A stretch of DNA of 64,000 bases from NCBI GenBank assembly GCA_937128475.1, contig CAKZML010000245.1:288-64287 (forward strand). Reading direction: 5' to 3'. Positions 1-12,938 of the stretch are shown one piece after another (positions within the stretch are counted from its first letter, which is position 1; each line of letters starts with the position of its first letter). Source of the DNA: an uncultured Chromatiales bacterium. Its GTDB lineage: Bacteria; Pseudomonadota; Gammaproteobacteria; Steroidobacterales; BM003. Below the pieces are notes generated by a model, which ran no database searches, was not told the DNA's origin, and was given only the letters and a program-made list of their open reading frames with translations. The position numbers and the translations under genes were made by a program.

Positions 1-1557
<1,557 letters not shown>

Positions 1558-1794
1558 CGCAATAGCCTTGTTGGGAATACTGGTCTGATTGTACTGGCCA
1601 TCACCTTCGGCGCAATGAGATTCTCCCGCAACTCCTTGTGGCAAAACCGGTGCTCAAAAACCCGGGGCACAATGGCTGCCGGTGGTGCTATCCTCAGATC
1701 TCGCCGGGGTCTGTACAGCAAAAGAACTGCACTGCCCCAGTGGACACTACGCCATGCCGAGACACGGCATTACGCACAAGATCAGGAGTCGCCC

Positions 1795-3135
1795 ATGACG
1801 GACTCATCCGTCGACGCCAAGTTCAGTCTCACCTCCTCAAGCACCGTGGTCATCGCCAACATGATCGGTACCGGCGTGTTCACCAGCCTGGGTTTCCAGT
1901 TGCTGGAAATACAATCCGGGTTCGTCATTCTCATGCTCTGGGCGGTCGGTGGCGTGGTCGCACTGTGTGGTGCACTCAGTTACGCCGAGCTCGGCGCGGC
2001 GCTGCCCCGCTCCGGCGGCGAATACAATTTCCTGACTCGCATCTACCATCCAGCCGCCGGTTTCATATCTGGCTGGGTTTCCTCCACCATCGGCTTCGCC
2101 GCGCCCACCGCCCTGGTGGCGCTTACCTCGGGGGCCTACCTGAGCTCTGCACTGCCCTTCTTGCCCGATGGCTCCGCAACCTGGGTTGCCGGTTTGCTGG
2201 TCATCTCCCTGGCAGCTATTCATGCAACCCACCGCAATAACAGCGCGCTGATACAAAACAGCTTCACCGTGGCAAAAATTGCACTGATCGTGTTGTTTTG
2301 CGTCGCCGGTGTCTTGATGACCCACGCACCCCAGGAGATGCACTTCCTACCTGCCCAGGGTGACGGAGCCTTGTTGTTCAGCGGCGCCTTTGCGGTATCG
2401 CTGATCTATGTCACCTACGCCTATACCGGCTGGAATGCGGTGACTTACATTTCCGGTGAAGTCGAGAATCCCCAACGCACCATCCCCCTGGCACTGATCG
2501 CCGGGACCGCAGTGGTCGCCTTGCTGTATGTAGGCTTGAACTTCACCTTTCTGCACACTGCCCCGGTCAATGCACTGCAGGGAGAGATCGAAATTGGTTA
2601 CGTCTCGGCACTGCATATATTCGGCGCAGGCGGCGCGGCGCTGATTGGAGTCACCCTGTCCTTCTTGCTGATCTCGACGGTCAGCGCCATGACCCTGGCC
2701 GGCCCCCGTGTACTGCAAGTGATTGGCGAGGACTTCCCGGTATTCCGTTCCCTGGCGGCCACCAACAGCCACGGCGTGCCCTCAAGAGCCATCTGGGTAC
2801 AGGCAGGCATTTCCCTGCTGTTTATCTTCACCAACTCGTTCGAATCCATCCTGGTATTCGCCGGCTTCACCCTGGGACTGAACACCTTGTTCACCGTGCT
2901 GGGCGTATTCATCCTGCGCCGCCGCGAGCCTGACCTGCCGCGACCCTATCGCATCAGCCTGTACCCGCTGCCTCCACTTGTGTACCTGGCGATCACCGGC
3001 TGGTCGTTAGGATTTATCCTGCTTGAGCGACCCGCGGAAGGATTTGCGGGGCTGGGAATAGTGCTGGCCGGTGGCGTTGCCTACTTCTTCAGTCGCAAGG
3101 GCGAAAAAGTTGCCAGCACGCAAAGCGAGACGTAG
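1795..3135 (+). CDS. amino acid permease (APC superfamily)
   Basis: ORF 1420..3135 trimmed to ATG 1795, which is preceded by AGGAG. The product is about 12 TM and starts MTDSSVDAKFSLTSSSTVVIANMIGTGVFTSLGFQ, typical of the APC family. The upstream 125 codons are a GC-rich read-through with no homology signal. Confidence 0.75.
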   Translation: MTDSSVDAKFSLTSSSTVVIANMIGTGVFTSLGFQLLEIQSGFVILMLWAVGGVVALCGALSYAELGAALPRSGGEYNFLTRIYHPAAGFISGWVSSTIGFAAPTALVALTSGAYLSSALPFLPDGSATWVAGLLVISLAAIHATHRNNSALIQNSFTVAKIALIVLFCVAGVLMTHAPQEMHFLPAQGDGALLFSGAFAVSLIYVTYAYTGWNAVTYISGEVENPQRTIPLALIAGTAVVALLYVGLNFTFLHTAPVNALQGEIEIGYVSALHIFGAGGAALIGVTLSFLLISTVSAMTLAGPRVLQVIGEDFPVFRSLAATNSHGVPSRAIWVQAGISLLFIFTNSFESILVFAGFTLGLNTLFTVLGVFILRRREPDLPRPYRISLYPLPPLVYLAITGWSLGFILLERPAEGFAGLGIVLAGGVAYFFSRKGEKVASTQSET

Positions 3136-3167
3136 AGAATAATTAGCAGGCCGAGACGAATTCCTGG

Positions 3168-3695
3168 CTAATCGATGCCAAGGTCCCTGGCGGTCGACGC
3201 CAGTATCGGTTTCCAGTTCTCATCCATCTCAGGAAGCCACTTCCGCAATATGGGCGATGTGGCCTGCTCGGATGAAACGCCCTTTCTTAGCACCAGGTAC
3301 TGATGCACAAAGGCGGAAGCCCGATAGTTGGCAGCGCAATGTACAAAAACGGGTTTGTCGCCCAGTTCGTCCATGACCGCAAAGAATTGTTTGAGGTGGT
3401 CGATGGTCGGCGCATCCCACGGCACGGGGATATGGATGTATTTCATACCCAGCGACGTAACAATATCGCCTTCTTCTGCCACTGCATTGCTCGACTCAGC
3501 CATGGCCAGATTTATCACGGCAGTATAATTTGCCCTGGCAATTTCCGGGAACTGATCCGCCGATGGCTGTCCCGCGATTCCGATGTGATCCGTAATCTGG
3601 AAATAATTCAGGATGCCGTCCAACTTGTCGGCTTCATCTGCCTGTGCCTGGAAAGGCAGGAAGGCGAGCACAAGGATTGCTATCCAGGCCGGCAT
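3168..3695 (-). CDS. secreted CX5R phosphatase-fold protein (DUF442 / dual-specificity phosphatase-like)
   Basis: Signal peptide MPAWIAILVLAFLPFQAQA and P-loop HCAANYRAS (HCX5R[ST]). The start codon lies 3 nt after the guaA stop. Confidence 0.55.
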   Translation of the reverse strand: MPAWIAILVLAFLPFQAQADEADKLDGILNYFQITDHIGIAGQPSADQFPEIARANYTAVINLAMAESSNAVAEEGDIVTSLGMKYIHIPVPWDAPTIDHLKQFFAVMDELGDKPVFVHCAANYRASAFVHQYLVLRKGVSSEQATSPILRKWLPEMDENWKPILASTARDLGID

Positions 3696-3698
3696 GAT

Positions 3699-5273
3699 TT
3701 ATTCCCACTCAATCGTGGCAGGCGGCTTACCGGAGATGTCGTAGGTAACTCGTGAAATCCCTTCCACCTCGTTGATGATGCGCCGGGACACCAGGTCCAG
3801 GAAATCATACGGAAGGTGCGCCCAGCGAGCGGTCATGAAGTCGATGGTTTCCACGGCCCGCAGGGCGATCACGTAATCGTAACGACGACCGTCACCCATC
3901 ACACCCACGCTCTTCACCGGCAGGAACACGGCGAATGCCTGGCTGGTCTTGTCGTACAGGTCGTGGTTGCGAAGCTCGGAAATAAAGATGTCATCGGCCA
4001 GGCGAAGCAGGTCGGCGAACTCGGGTTTTACATTGCCCAGGATACGCACACCCAATCCCGGACCCGGGAAGGGATGACGGAAAACCATGTGGGCAGGTAG
4101 CCCCAGTTCCAGGCCGATCTTGCGAACCTCGTCCTTGAATAATTCACGCAGGGGTTCAACCAGCTTTAGTTTCATGTGCGCGGGCAGACCACCAACATTG
4201 TGGTGTGACTTGATGACGTGAGCCTTGCCTGTCTTGGAACCGGCGGACTCGATCACGTCCGGGTAAATCGTACCCTGTGCCAGCCACTTCACGCCCTTGA
4301 GCCTGGTGGACTCTTCATCGAATACTTCGATAAATAAGCGGCCGATAATCTTGCGCTTCTGTTCGGGATCCTCGACACCGGCCAGTTCACGGAAAAAGCG
4401 TTCCGCGGCGTTTACCCGAATCACCTTGATGCCCATATGCTCGGCGAACATGGCCATCACCTGGTCGCCTTCGTTGTGGCGCAGCAGGCCGTGGTCAACG
4501 AACACGCAAGTCAGTTGGTCACCGATGGCCTCATGCAGCAGTGCCGCAACCACCGAGGAATCCACGCCGCCTGAGAGGCCCAGCAACACCTGGTCGCTGC
4601 CCACCTGCTCGCGCACTGTCTCCAGTGCGGCGGCAACGATGTTGCCGGCATTCCAGTCGCTGCCGCAGCCGCAAATCTGGTGCACGAAGCGCTCAATGAT
4701 CCGATGACCCTGGGCGGTGTGAGTCACCTCGGGATGGAACTGCAAACCGTAGTAATGACGAGACTCATCGGACATCGCCGCCAGGGGTGCATTCTCGGTG
4801 CTGGCGATGGCGCTAAAGCCAGGAGGAATCGATTCCACCCGATCGCCATGACTCATCCAGACATCCAGCAGGGCCCTGCCCTCGCTGTCCACGTCGTCTT
4901 CAATATTCTTCAGCAACTCAGAGTGGCCACTCAGGCGAACCTGGGCGTAGCCGAACTCGCGATGACTGGACGGCGCCACGTGACCACCCAACTGGGCGGC
5001 CATGGTCTGCATGCCGTAACAGATACCCAGTACCGGCACCTTCAGTTCAAACACCGCGTCGCTGACCCGGGGCGGTTCTGCCAGGGTTACCGACTCGGGG
5101 CCACCGGAGAGGATCACGCCGTTGGGTGCAAACTCGCGCACCGCGTCGTCATTCATATCCCAGGGATGAATCTCACTGTAGACGCCTGCCTCACGCACCC
5201 GACGGGCGATCAGTTGGGTGTACTGGGAACCGAAGTCCAGGATGAGAATACGATCAGAATGGATATCCGCCAC
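3699..5273 (-). CDS. guaA: GMP synthase (glutamine-hydrolysing)
   Basis: 524 aa. N-terminal GATase ([26 protein letters not shown]), ATP-PPase SGGVDSS, C-terminus PPATIEWE. Confidence 0.97.
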   Translation of the reverse strand: MADIHSDRILILDFGSQYTQLIARRVREAGVYSEIHPWDMNDDAVREFAPNGVILSGGPESVTLAEPPRVSDAVFELKVPVLGICYGMQTMAAQLGGHVAPSSHREFGYAQVRLSGHSELLKNIEDDVDSEGRALLDVWMSHGDRVESIPPGFSAIASTENAPLAAMSDESRHYYGLQFHPEVTHTAQGHRIIERFVHQICGCGSDWNAGNIVAAALETVREQVGSDQVLLGLSGGVDSSVVAALLHEAIGDQLTCVFVDHGLLRHNEGDQVMAMFAEHMGIKVIRVNAAERFFRELAGVEDPEQKRKIIGRLFIEVFDEESTRLKGVKWLAQGTIYPDVIESAGSKTGKAHVIKSHHNVGGLPAHMKLKLVEPLRELFKDEVRKIGLELGLPAHMVFRHPFPGPGLGVRILGNVKPEFADLLRLADDIFISELRNHDLYDKTSQAFAVFLPVKSVGVMGDGRRYDYVIALRAVETIDFMTARWAHLPYDFLDLVSRRIINEVEGISRVTYDISGKPPATIEWE

Positions 5274-5322
5274 GGGAAACCCTCAGTAGTGTCGAAAAAT
5301 GTAAAGGCGTCTAAAAACCGGA

Positions 5323-6792
5323 TCAATTGCCCCGGTAGTTTGGCGCTTCCTTGGTAATGGTCACATCGTGAACATGGCTCTCGCGCACACCTGCATTGGT
5401 GATACGCACGAAACGCGGTTTGCTGCGCATCTCTTCGATGTTGGCACATCCGGTATAGCCCATGGCTGAACGCACGCCACCCATCAACTGGTGAACGATG
5501 GCGACCATGCTGCCCTTGTAGGGAACACGACCTTCGATGCCCTCTGGGACCAGCTTCTCGACTTCATCGGTAGCATCCTGGAAATAGCGGTCCTTGGAAC
5601 CGTTGTCCTGCGCCATGGCGCCCAGCGAGCCCATGCCGCGGTAGGCCTTGTAGGAACGACCCTGGTACAACTCGACCTCACCGGGAGATTCTTCAGTACC
5701 CGCGAACAACCCGCCAAGCATCACCGAGGAGGCACCGGCCACGATGGCCTTGGCGATATCGCCGGAGTAACGAATGCCGCCGTCGGCAATCAGCGGAATG
5801 CCGCTTTCAGCCAGTTCACGGGCAACGTTGGCGATGGCAGTAATCTGGGGCACGCCGACACCGGCTACTATCCGGGTGGTGCAAATGGATCCGGGACCAA
5901 TACCCACCTTGACCGCATCGGCACCTGCCTCGACCAGGGCCCGGGCCGCATCAGCGGTAACGATGTTGCCACCAATGACCTGGATACCGGGGAACGCCGA
6001 CTTGACCCGCTTGACGCGCTCCAGCACACCACGGGAGTGACCGTGTGAGGTATCCACCACGATCACGTCGACCCCTGCAGCGACCAGCGCTTCCACCCGG
6101 GCATCGGTATCCGGACCGGTACCCACGGCGGCGCCAACACGCAGCGCGCCGCGCTCGTCCTTGGCAGCCAGTGGGTAATCCTTGGCTTTCTGGTAATCCT
6201 TGACGGTGATCATGCCGCGAAGCTTGAATGCGCCGTTGACCACCAGCACCTTCTCAATGCGGTGCTTGTGCAGCAGCAACAGGACTTCTTCCTTTGAAGC
6301 GCCCTCGCGCACCGTAATCAGGCGCTCCTTGGGAGTCATCACCGAGGAGACCGGCGCATCCAGCTGGGTTTCGAAACGCAGGTCCCTGTGAGTCACGATG
6401 CCCACCAGGTCGTCCGCACCGTCCACCACGGGCACGCCGGAAATATTCTTTCGGCGAGTCAATTCGATCACGTCCCGGATGGTCTTGTCGGGGGTCACGG
6501 TGATGGGATCGGTAATAATTCCGCTTTCGTATTTCTTTACCCGCAGCACTTCATGGGCCTGGGCATCGGGGGTCATGTTCTTGTGAACAATGCCGATACC
6601 GCCTTCCTGGGCCAGGGTAATCGCCAGGCGGGCTTCGGTGACAGTGTCCATCGCAGCTGCAACTAACGGAATATTAAGGGAAATTTCCGCCGTCAGCTTG
6701 CTCGCCAGTGAGACTTCCCGGGGTAATACCTCCGAGTACTCAGGCTGAAGCAAAACGTCATCGAAAGTTAGAGCTTCTTGAATGATGCGCAT
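5323..6792 (-). CDS. guaB: IMP dehydrogenase
   Basis: 489 aa. Starts [17 protein letters not shown], has a CBS pair and the catalytic loop [11 protein letters not shown]. Confidence 0.97.
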   Translation of the reverse strand: MRIIQEALTFDDVLLQPEYSEVLPREVSLASKLTAEISLNIPLVAAAMDTVTEARLAITLAQEGGIGIVHKNMTPDAQAHEVLRVKKYESGIITDPITVTPDKTIRDVIELTRRKNISGVPVVDGADDLVGIVTHRDLRFETQLDAPVSSVMTPKERLITVREGASKEEVLLLLHKHRIEKVLVVNGAFKLRGMITVKDYQKAKDYPLAAKDERGALRVGAAVGTGPDTDARVEALVAAGVDVIVVDTSHGHSRGVLERVKRVKSAFPGIQVIGGNIVTADAARALVEAGADAVKVGIGPGSICTTRIVAGVGVPQITAIANVARELAESGIPLIADGGIRYSGDIAKAIVAGASSVMLGGLFAGTEESPGEVELYQGRSYKAYRGMGSLGAMAQDNGSKDRYFQDATDEVEKLVPEGIEGRVPYKGSMVAIVHQLMGGVRSAMGYTGCANIEEMRSKPRFVRITNAGVRESHVHDVTITKEAPNYRGN

Positions 6793-6954
6793 GTACTCAC
6801 CCGCTGGCCGAAGTAAACCGGCTATTTTAGTGTTTGACTCATTGCAGGTAAACCCGCTGACAGCATTATAAACGCTTTCAGCGTGTTAAAGATGCCGCCA
6901 TCGCCCTTGATCAGCGGCTATCACTCACCCCGGCACCCCGGTTATTATCGAGGG

Positions 6955-8328
6955 ATGCCAAGCCAAAGCCCCACATCTCGCGCCGCTAGCGGTGACGAAC
7001 GACGCGTTTACAGTGTTTCACGACTCAACGCGGAGGTCCGGCAGCTGCTGGACAACGGCATGCCTGCCCTGTGGATCCAGGGAGAAATCTCCAACCTGGC
7101 CCGGCCGGCCTCTGGCCACCTCTATTTATCCCTCAAGGATGATCGCGCCCAGGTGCGTTGCGCCATGTGGCGCCAGCGATCCCGGGGGCTGGGATTCCAG
7201 CCCCGAAACGGCCAGCAGATCATGGCCAGGGCTCGAGTCAGCCTCTATGAACCCCGGGGCGACTACCAGCTAATCATCGAACACATGGAAGAAGCCGGCG
7301 AGGGACTGCTTCGCCAGCGCCTTGAAGAACTCAAGGCAAGACTGGACGCCGAGGGCCTGTTCGAGGAAAGCCGCAAGCGCACGCTTCCCGGCCTTCCCCG
7401 CCGGATCGGGATTGTGACCTCCCCCAGTGGCGCCGCAGTACGGGACGTGCTGAAAATTCTCCGTCGGCGATTCCCCTCGGTACCCGCCCTGATCTATCCA
7501 GTGCCGGTGCAGGGAGAAGGCGCTGCAGCCAATATCGCCGAGGCCATCGCCCTGGCAAACCGACGGGCAGATTGCGACGTGCTGATCGTCACCCGGGGAG
7601 GTGGTTCCCTCGAAGACCTCTGGGCGTTCAACGAGGAACCGGTCGCACGGGCCATCTTCAACAGTGCCATCCCGGTCATCAGCGCGGTGGGGCACGAGGT
7701 GGATATCACCATCTCGGACCTGGTGGCCGACGTGCGCGCACCCACACCCTCAGGGGCCGCCGAGATTGCCGTGCCTGACCAGCATGCCTGGCTGGGACAG
7801 TTGGAACAGAACATGAAGCGCCTGGCCAGTCTGGCAGGGCGCCAGCAGCAGCGACTTGCCGAAAGACTGGGCTTCCTGACCGGTAGGCTGGAACGACAAG
7901 ATCCCCGCCAACGCCTGGCCCAGGACGGTCAGCGACTCGACGAACTGGAACTGCGAGCACGACGGGCTATGGATGCAAAAACATCCAGCCAGCGCCGTGA
8001 CCTGGCGGCCATGATTGCCCGCCTGGCCGCGGCCAGTCCTGCGAAACAACTGCAACGCCAGTTACTGCGCAAGGATGATTTGAACCGCCGTCTTTATCGC
8101 GCGGCAAGCCAGCTCATCGAACGAAAATCACAACGCCTGGGCGGACTCGCAAGAGAACTCAATGCCATCAGTCCACTGGCCACTCTGGGCCGCGGCTATG
8201 CCCTGGTGTACGACAGCAAGGGTAACCTGATCAGGGACCCGTCCCAGGTAAAAACCGGTGACTCAATCAAGGCGAGAGTGGCAGACGGGCACATTCATGC
8301 CCAGGTAACGAATACGGAGAAATCATGA
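6955..8328 (+). CDS. xseA: exodeoxyribonuclease VII large subunit
   Basis: ORF 6883..8328 trimmed to MPSQSP..., which matches the E. coli XseA N-terminus (MLPSQSP). Contains the OB-fold segment SVSRLNAEVRQLL and is divergent from guaBA as in E. coli. Confidence 0.9.
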   Translation: MPSQSPTSRAASGDERRVYSVSRLNAEVRQLLDNGMPALWIQGEISNLARPASGHLYLSLKDDRAQVRCAMWRQRSRGLGFQPRNGQQIMARARVSLYEPRGDYQLIIEHMEEAGEGLLRQRLEELKARLDAEGLFEESRKRTLPGLPRRIGIVTSPSGAAVRDVLKILRRRFPSVPALIYPVPVQGEGAAANIAEAIALANRRADCDVLIVTRGGGSLEDLWAFNEEPVARAIFNSAIPVISAVGHEVDITISDLVADVRAPTPSGAAEIAVPDQHAWLGQLEQNMKRLASLAGRQQQRLAERLGFLTGRLERQDPRQRLAQDGQRLDELELRARRAMDAKTSSQRRDLAAMIARLAAASPAKQLQRQLLRKDDLNRRLYRAASQLIERKSQRLGGLARELNAISPLATLGRGYALVYDSKGNLIRDPSQVKTGDSIKARVADGHIHAQVTNTEKS

Positions 8329-9158
8329 CCCGGACAGTCCGTGGATTAATCGCTTTCATTTGTCTGTTGCCAGCACTTGCAGTGGCCCAGCAACTTCCCC
8401 GGGCGGACCAGGTTCCCGGTGGCATCGCCCTGGTTGAACTGGGTGTGAACGCCGATCAGCCCAGACCCCGGGTTCAATACATGGATCGTCAAATCAGCGT
8501 GCTCAATCGCGATGGAAAATGGCTGGCCATGGTGGGGATTCCGCTGGATACCGCACCCGGCACCCAGGCCTTGCAGGTGAACGATACGGAAATCCACTTC
8601 CAGGTAAGCGAAAAGGAATATGCCACCCAATACCTGACCATCACCAACAAGCGCCAGGTCAATCCCAATGAACAGGACATGGAACGCATCACCGCCGAGC
8701 GGGTGCGTATCAACAAGGCGCTGGCCAGTTGGAGCGATAGCGACCCGATGGCCCGTGATTTCGTCCCACCAGTGAATGGGGAGCGTACCAGCTCATTCGG
8801 GCTGCGACGGTTTTTCAACGGCGAACCCAGGAACCCGCACAGCGGCATGGACATTGACGGTAGCGAGGGCGATCCCATCGTGAGCCCGGGCGCCGGAACC
8901 GTGGTGGAAACCGGTGATTTCTTCTTCAACGGAAACACGGTGTTCGTGGACCATGGCCAGGGGCTGGTCACCATGTATTGCCACTTGAGTCGGATCGATG
9001 TGAAGCCCGGACAATCTGTTGAGGCAGGCGATACCCTGGGCCTGGTGGGAAGCACCGGTCGGGTAACCGGCCCTCACCTGCACTGGAGCGTGAGCCTGAA
9101 CCAGGCCATGGTTAACCCGGGCCTGTTTCTAGCTACGGCCCCGGATTCAGCTGATTAA
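8325..9158 (+). CDS. M23 family metallopeptidase (secreted)
   Basis: Signal peptide present. M23 motifs HSGMDI and GPHLHWSV. ATGA start/stop overlap with xseA. Confidence 0.85.
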   Translation: MTRTVRGLIAFICLLPALAVAQQLPRADQVPGGIALVELGVNADQPRPRVQYMDRQISVLNRDGKWLAMVGIPLDTAPGTQALQVNDTEIHFQVSEKEYATQYLTITNKRQVNPNEQDMERITAERVRINKALASWSDSDPMARDFVPPVNGERTSSFGLRRFFNGEPRNPHSGMDIDGSEGDPIVSPGAGTVVETGDFFFNGNTVFVDHGQGLVTMYCHLSRIDVKPGQSVEAGDTLGLVGSTGRVTGPHLHWSVSLNQAMVNPGLFLATAPDSAD

Positions 9159-9162
9159 ACTC

Positions 9163-10320
9163 TCAGGAAAGAAACTCGCCAATCAGGGGGCGGAAATTAT
9201 CCATGTCCACCAGGAAGGCGTCGTGACCCTGTAGCGAATCCAGTCCGGCGAAGGTCACATCCAGACCCGCCGCCTCCAGGTCCGTGGCAATTTCCTGCTG
9301 CTGGAACAGCGGGAACAAGAAATCGGTTTCCACGCCAATCACCAATGCCCGCCTGGCCTTCACCTTGGCCAATGCCGCAGGCACTGATCCACCGTGGTCA
9401 CCCAGGTCAAACAAGTCCATGGCCCGTGACAGGTACAGATAACAATTGGGATCAAACTGCCCGGTGAATTTTCGGGCATGAGCTTCCATGTAGGACTCCA
9501 CCTCGAAATCAATGGCGAAGGCATCTCCGGTCTTGCGCTCCTCGGCCACCCTTTCCCGGCCGAAACGCATCTGCCATTCCTTACTGGAACGGTAGGTGAT
9601 CATGCCCAGCTTGCGTGCCAGCTGCATACCCCGGATGGGGCCGGCACCCAGGGGGTAATCGCCCTGGTTCCAGGCAAGATCCGAGCGAATAATTTCACGC
9701 TGTAGCGAGCGCAGGGCAATCGCAAATGGCAATGCCCTGGCGGCGCCGGAAATCGAGACAACCGACTCGGCCATTGCCGGGAACTTCACCGCAAATGCCA
9801 ATGCGGTCATACCTCCCATGGAGGCACCCATCACCGCTGAAAGCTTTTCAATACCCAGGCCACGGAGCAACTCCCTGGCAGACCTGGCAAGGTCTTCCAG
9901 GCTCAGCACGGGGAAGTCCAGGCGATAGGGTTTGCCAGTATCAGGGTCAATTGAGGCGGGGCCGGTGGATCCAAAGCAACTGCCCAGTGAATTCACGCAA
10001 ATCAGGAAATAACGGCGGGTGTCGATGGGATGATCCTTTCCGATCATCTCCTCCCACCAACCAGGACTGGGATCCAACTGGGAGGCCGCGGCATGGGCCG
10101 ACGGCGACAGGCCGGTGAACAACAAGATGGCATTGTCACGGGCCTCGTTCAGCTCACCCCAGGTCTCGTAAGCCACGTCCACCCGGGACAGGCAACCGCC
10201 CCGATACATACGCATCGGACGAGGAAGGGTGAAAATGTTGCGAGCACCGCCCATGTCTACATTATCCGTTTTAATCGTTTGCCATCCGGCCAGTGCTTCT
10301 TGGTATACCCCATTCGGCAA
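9163..10320 (-). CDS. metX: homoserine O-acyltransferase, MetX family (alpha/beta hydrolase)
   Basis: 385 aa. Contains YETWGELN, IDTRRYFLICVNSLGSCFGSTGP and the nucleophile elbow GASMGGM. No metW is adjacent. Confidence 0.8.
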   Translation of the reverse strand: MPNGVYQEALAGWQTIKTDNVDMGGARNIFTLPRPMRMYRGGCLSRVDVAYETWGELNEARDNAILLFTGLSPSAHAAASQLDPSPGWWEEMIGKDHPIDTRRYFLICVNSLGSCFGSTGPASIDPDTGKPYRLDFPVLSLEDLARSARELLRGLGIEKLSAVMGASMGGMTALAFAVKFPAMAESVVSISGAARALPFAIALRSLQREIIRSDLAWNQGDYPLGAGPIRGMQLARKLGMITYRSSKEWQMRFGRERVAEERKTGDAFAIDFEVESYMEAHARKFTGQFDPNCYLYLSRAMDLFDLGDHGGSVPAALAKVKARRALVIGVETDFLFPLFQQQEIATDLEAAGLDVTFAGLDSLQGHDAFLVDMDNFRPLIGEFLS

Positions 10321-10327
10321 GCGCTGG

Positions 10328-11722
10328 CTATTTCTTGCGCTTCACAAATCTCTTGAGACGATCGCGTTTGTGCTGCTGATGCGGGGTCAGGGTATTGCGA
10401 CGACCCTTGAACGGGTTGTCAGTGGACTTGAGCTCCAGGCGCAGGGGCGTACCCACCAACTTGAAATGCTTTCGGAACGTATTGATCAGATAACGCTTAT
10501 AGGTATCTGGCAGACGCTCCGTCTGGTTGCCATGTATTACTACCACTGGCGGATTGCGTCCGCCCTGGTGAGCGTAGCGAAGCTTGATGCGCCTGCCGCG
10601 GACCAACGGAGGCTGGTGCTCCACGACGGATTGCTCCAGCACCCGGGTCAACTCGGGAGTTGAGACGTCGATCATAGCCGACTTGTACGCGCTCACCACC
10701 GAACCCATGATCAGTCCCACACCACTGCCGTGCAGCGCGGAAATAAAGTGCTTTTCGCAGAATTCTGCGAATTCCAGTTTTAGCTCGATCGCACGCTTGA
10801 CCTGATTGCGCTGGTCCTCGGTGATGCCGTCCCACTTGTTGATTGCAATGACCAGTGAGCGACCACGATTCAACACCAGTCCCATCAGGGAAACGTCCTG
10901 GTCGGTCAGGCCCTCGTGGGCGTCCACCAGGCAAACCACCACGTGGGCCACGTCGATTGACTGCAGGGCTTTTACCACGCTGAACACTTCGACTCCGCGG
11001 TCTACCTTGGAGCGGCGCCTGATACCCGCCGTATCGATAAGGGTGTATTCCTGGCCGTCGCGCTCAAACGGAACATAGACGCTGTCGCGAGTCGTACCCG
11101 GCTTGTCAAACGCCACCACGCGTTCTTCACCAATCAAGCGATTAATCAGCGTCGATTTGCCTACATTCGGGCGACCCACCACGGCCACCCTGATTCCCGG
11201 CGCTTCATCGGGGCGCTGAGAACCATCATCCACGGGAAGCATTTCCAGCACGTAGTCCATCAGCGCTGAGACACGGTCACCGTGAGCGGCAGAGATGGCG
11301 ACGGGCTCACCCATTCCCAGGCGGAAAAATTCTGATCCTGCGATCGTGGAATCACGTCCCTCGGACTTGTTTATGACCAGGGTGCAGGGCTTGCCGCTGC
11401 GACGAACCACCTTGGTGACCAGTTCATCCACGCTGGTCAGGCCTTCCCGACCGTCTACCATGAACAACACGTGATCGGCTTCTTCCAGGGCCACCAGGCT
11501 TTGCTTGGCCATCTCACCGTCGATACCGGATGCGTCACCGGTAAGACCACCGGTATCCACCACCACGTAGGGGCGCGGACCCACTTTGCCGAATCCGTAC
11601 TTCCTGTCCCGGGTCAGCCCCGGCAAATCCGCAACCAAAGCATCCCGTGAACGCGTCAACAAGTTGAACAGCGTTGACTTACCCACATTGGGTCTGCCGA
11701 CCAGGGCAATTACAGGCAACAT
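10328..11722 (-). CDS. der: ribosome-associated GTPase Der (EngA)
   Basis: Two tandem G domains ([12 protein letters not shown] and [12 protein letters not shown]) plus a KH-like C-terminus. Confidence 0.95.
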   Translation of the reverse strand: MLPVIALVGRPNVGKSTLFNLLTRSRDALVADLPGLTRDRKYGFGKVGPRPYVVVDTGGLTGDASGIDGEMAKQSLVALEEADHVLFMVDGREGLTSVDELVTKVVRRSGKPCTLVINKSEGRDSTIAGSEFFRLGMGEPVAISAAHGDRVSALMDYVLEMLPVDDGSQRPDEAPGIRVAVVGRPNVGKSTLINRLIGEERVVAFDKPGTTRDSVYVPFERDGQEYTLIDTAGIRRRSKVDRGVEVFSVVKALQSIDVAHVVVCLVDAHEGLTDQDVSLMGLVLNRGRSLVIAINKWDGITEDQRNQVKRAIELKLEFAEFCEKHFISALHGSGVGLIMGSVVSAYKSAMIDVSTPELTRVLEQSVVEHQPPLVRGRRIKLRYAHQGGRNPPVVVIHGNQTERLPDTYKRYLINTFRKHFKLVGTPLRLELKSTDNPFKGRRNTLTPHQQHKRDRLKRFVKRKK

Positions 11723-11786
11723 AAGGAGGTCCGGATATCAGTCAGCGTTTTAAAAGCGGTTGGTGCACACCTGGCACCACCGAAAG

Positions 11787-12938
11787 TTATTCAGTTTCGA
11801 ACTTGGCTCGGTACGCTTTTAGCGACGATTCCTCGTTCAAAACATAAATCATATCGCCTACAACCAGCGGCGGGCTGTAAACAGCGGCACCGGTGTCGGC
11901 GCGCGCGAGAAAACTTCCATCGGCTGCGGACAACCAATGCACGTAGCCCTCAAAATCTGCCACGACCACAGAGTTTCCGTAGGGCACCGGCGCAGTCAGC
12001 ACCCGGCGTTTTAATTTGTCCTGGCGCCATACCGAGACACCGCGGGTGCGCTCCAGCGCAACCACTTCGGATAACTGGTCCGTGATGTAAACCGAATTCC
12101 AGTCCAGCCCCAGGCCTGAATAGCTGGATACTTCCCGGCTCCACATCACCTGCCCGGATTCCACCGCCAGGGCCACGGTTCTGCCGTTGACGCCTGTCAC
12201 GTACACATCATTGCCGATCACGCCAAACGTGCCGTCAATGTCGGTCATACGATCCAGTTCAGTTCGTCCGGAGGGCTGGGTCAGGAAAGCATCCCAGGCG
12301 GCATCACCTTCGGCGATATCCAGTGCCAGGAACTTACCGTTATCAAAACCTGCCAACACCATCGATCCGGAGATCACCGGTGCAGAGGTTCCGCGCACAC
12401 TCAGGCGAGGCACGTCTTGCTCCGTCATCCAGGCCGGAATGCCGTTCCTGGCTTGCAGGGCGCGCAGGGTTCCATCCACCGCACGCAACAGAACCATATC
12501 CCGGGTGATAGCGGGACTGGCCAGCACCTCGGCATTAAGCTTGGATTTCCATTTCAGGCTACCGTCGGTCGCGTCCAGGGCAATAACTTCACCGTCCCAG
12601 GAGACCACCACTACCAGGCCGAACCCATAAGCCGGACCCGCAGCCAAACCGGTTTCCATTTTGCTACGCCACACACGACGCCCCTTCTGGGCATCGTATG
12701 CGCTAACCAGGCCATCCGGACCGGCGGCAAATATATTGGTGCCATCCGAGGCCAGGGTAAGACCCAGGCGCAGACTCTCGGCATCATCTCCGACACTGGC
12801 ACTCCAGACCTTCTTCACTTTCAAGGAAGCCTTGAATTCAGGAAGCGGTGCCGGGGGATTGGGATCTTCGTCTCCACCAAACAAGGAGCAGGCACCCAAT
12901 GCCAGGGTCAGGACCAATATGCCGAGAAGTCGGATCAT
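11787..12938 (-). CDS. bamB: outer membrane protein assembly factor BamB
   Basis: Lipobox LALGAC and PQQ-like beta-propeller repeats. Conserved yfgM-bamB-der order. Confidence 0.9.
   Translation of the reverse strand: MIRLLGILVLTLALGACSLFGGDEDPNPPAPLPEFKASLKVKKVWSASVGDDAESLRLGLTLASDGTNIFAAGPDGLVSAYDAQKGRRVWRSKMETGLAAGPAYGFGLVVVVSWDGEVIALDATDGSLKWKSKLNAEVLASPAITRDMVLLRAVDGTLRALQARNGIPAWMTEQDVPRLSVRGTSAPVISGSMVLAGFDNGKFLALDIAEGDAAWDAFLTQPSGRTELDRMTDIDGTFGVIGNDVYVTGVNGRTVALAVESGQVMWSREVSSYSGLGLDWNSVYITDQLSEVVALERTRGVSVWRQDKLKRRVLTAPVPYGNSVVVADFEGYVHWLSAADGSFLARADTGAAVYSPPLVVGDMIYVLNEESSLKAYRAKFETE

Noticed and set aside
6793-6954. Near-palindrome AACGCTTTCAGCGTG in the guaB/xseA divergent region as a possible PurR box
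   Set aside because: It does not match the PurR consensus I remember (ACGCAAACGTTTGCGT-like), and the symmetry is imperfect. Evidence is insufficient.
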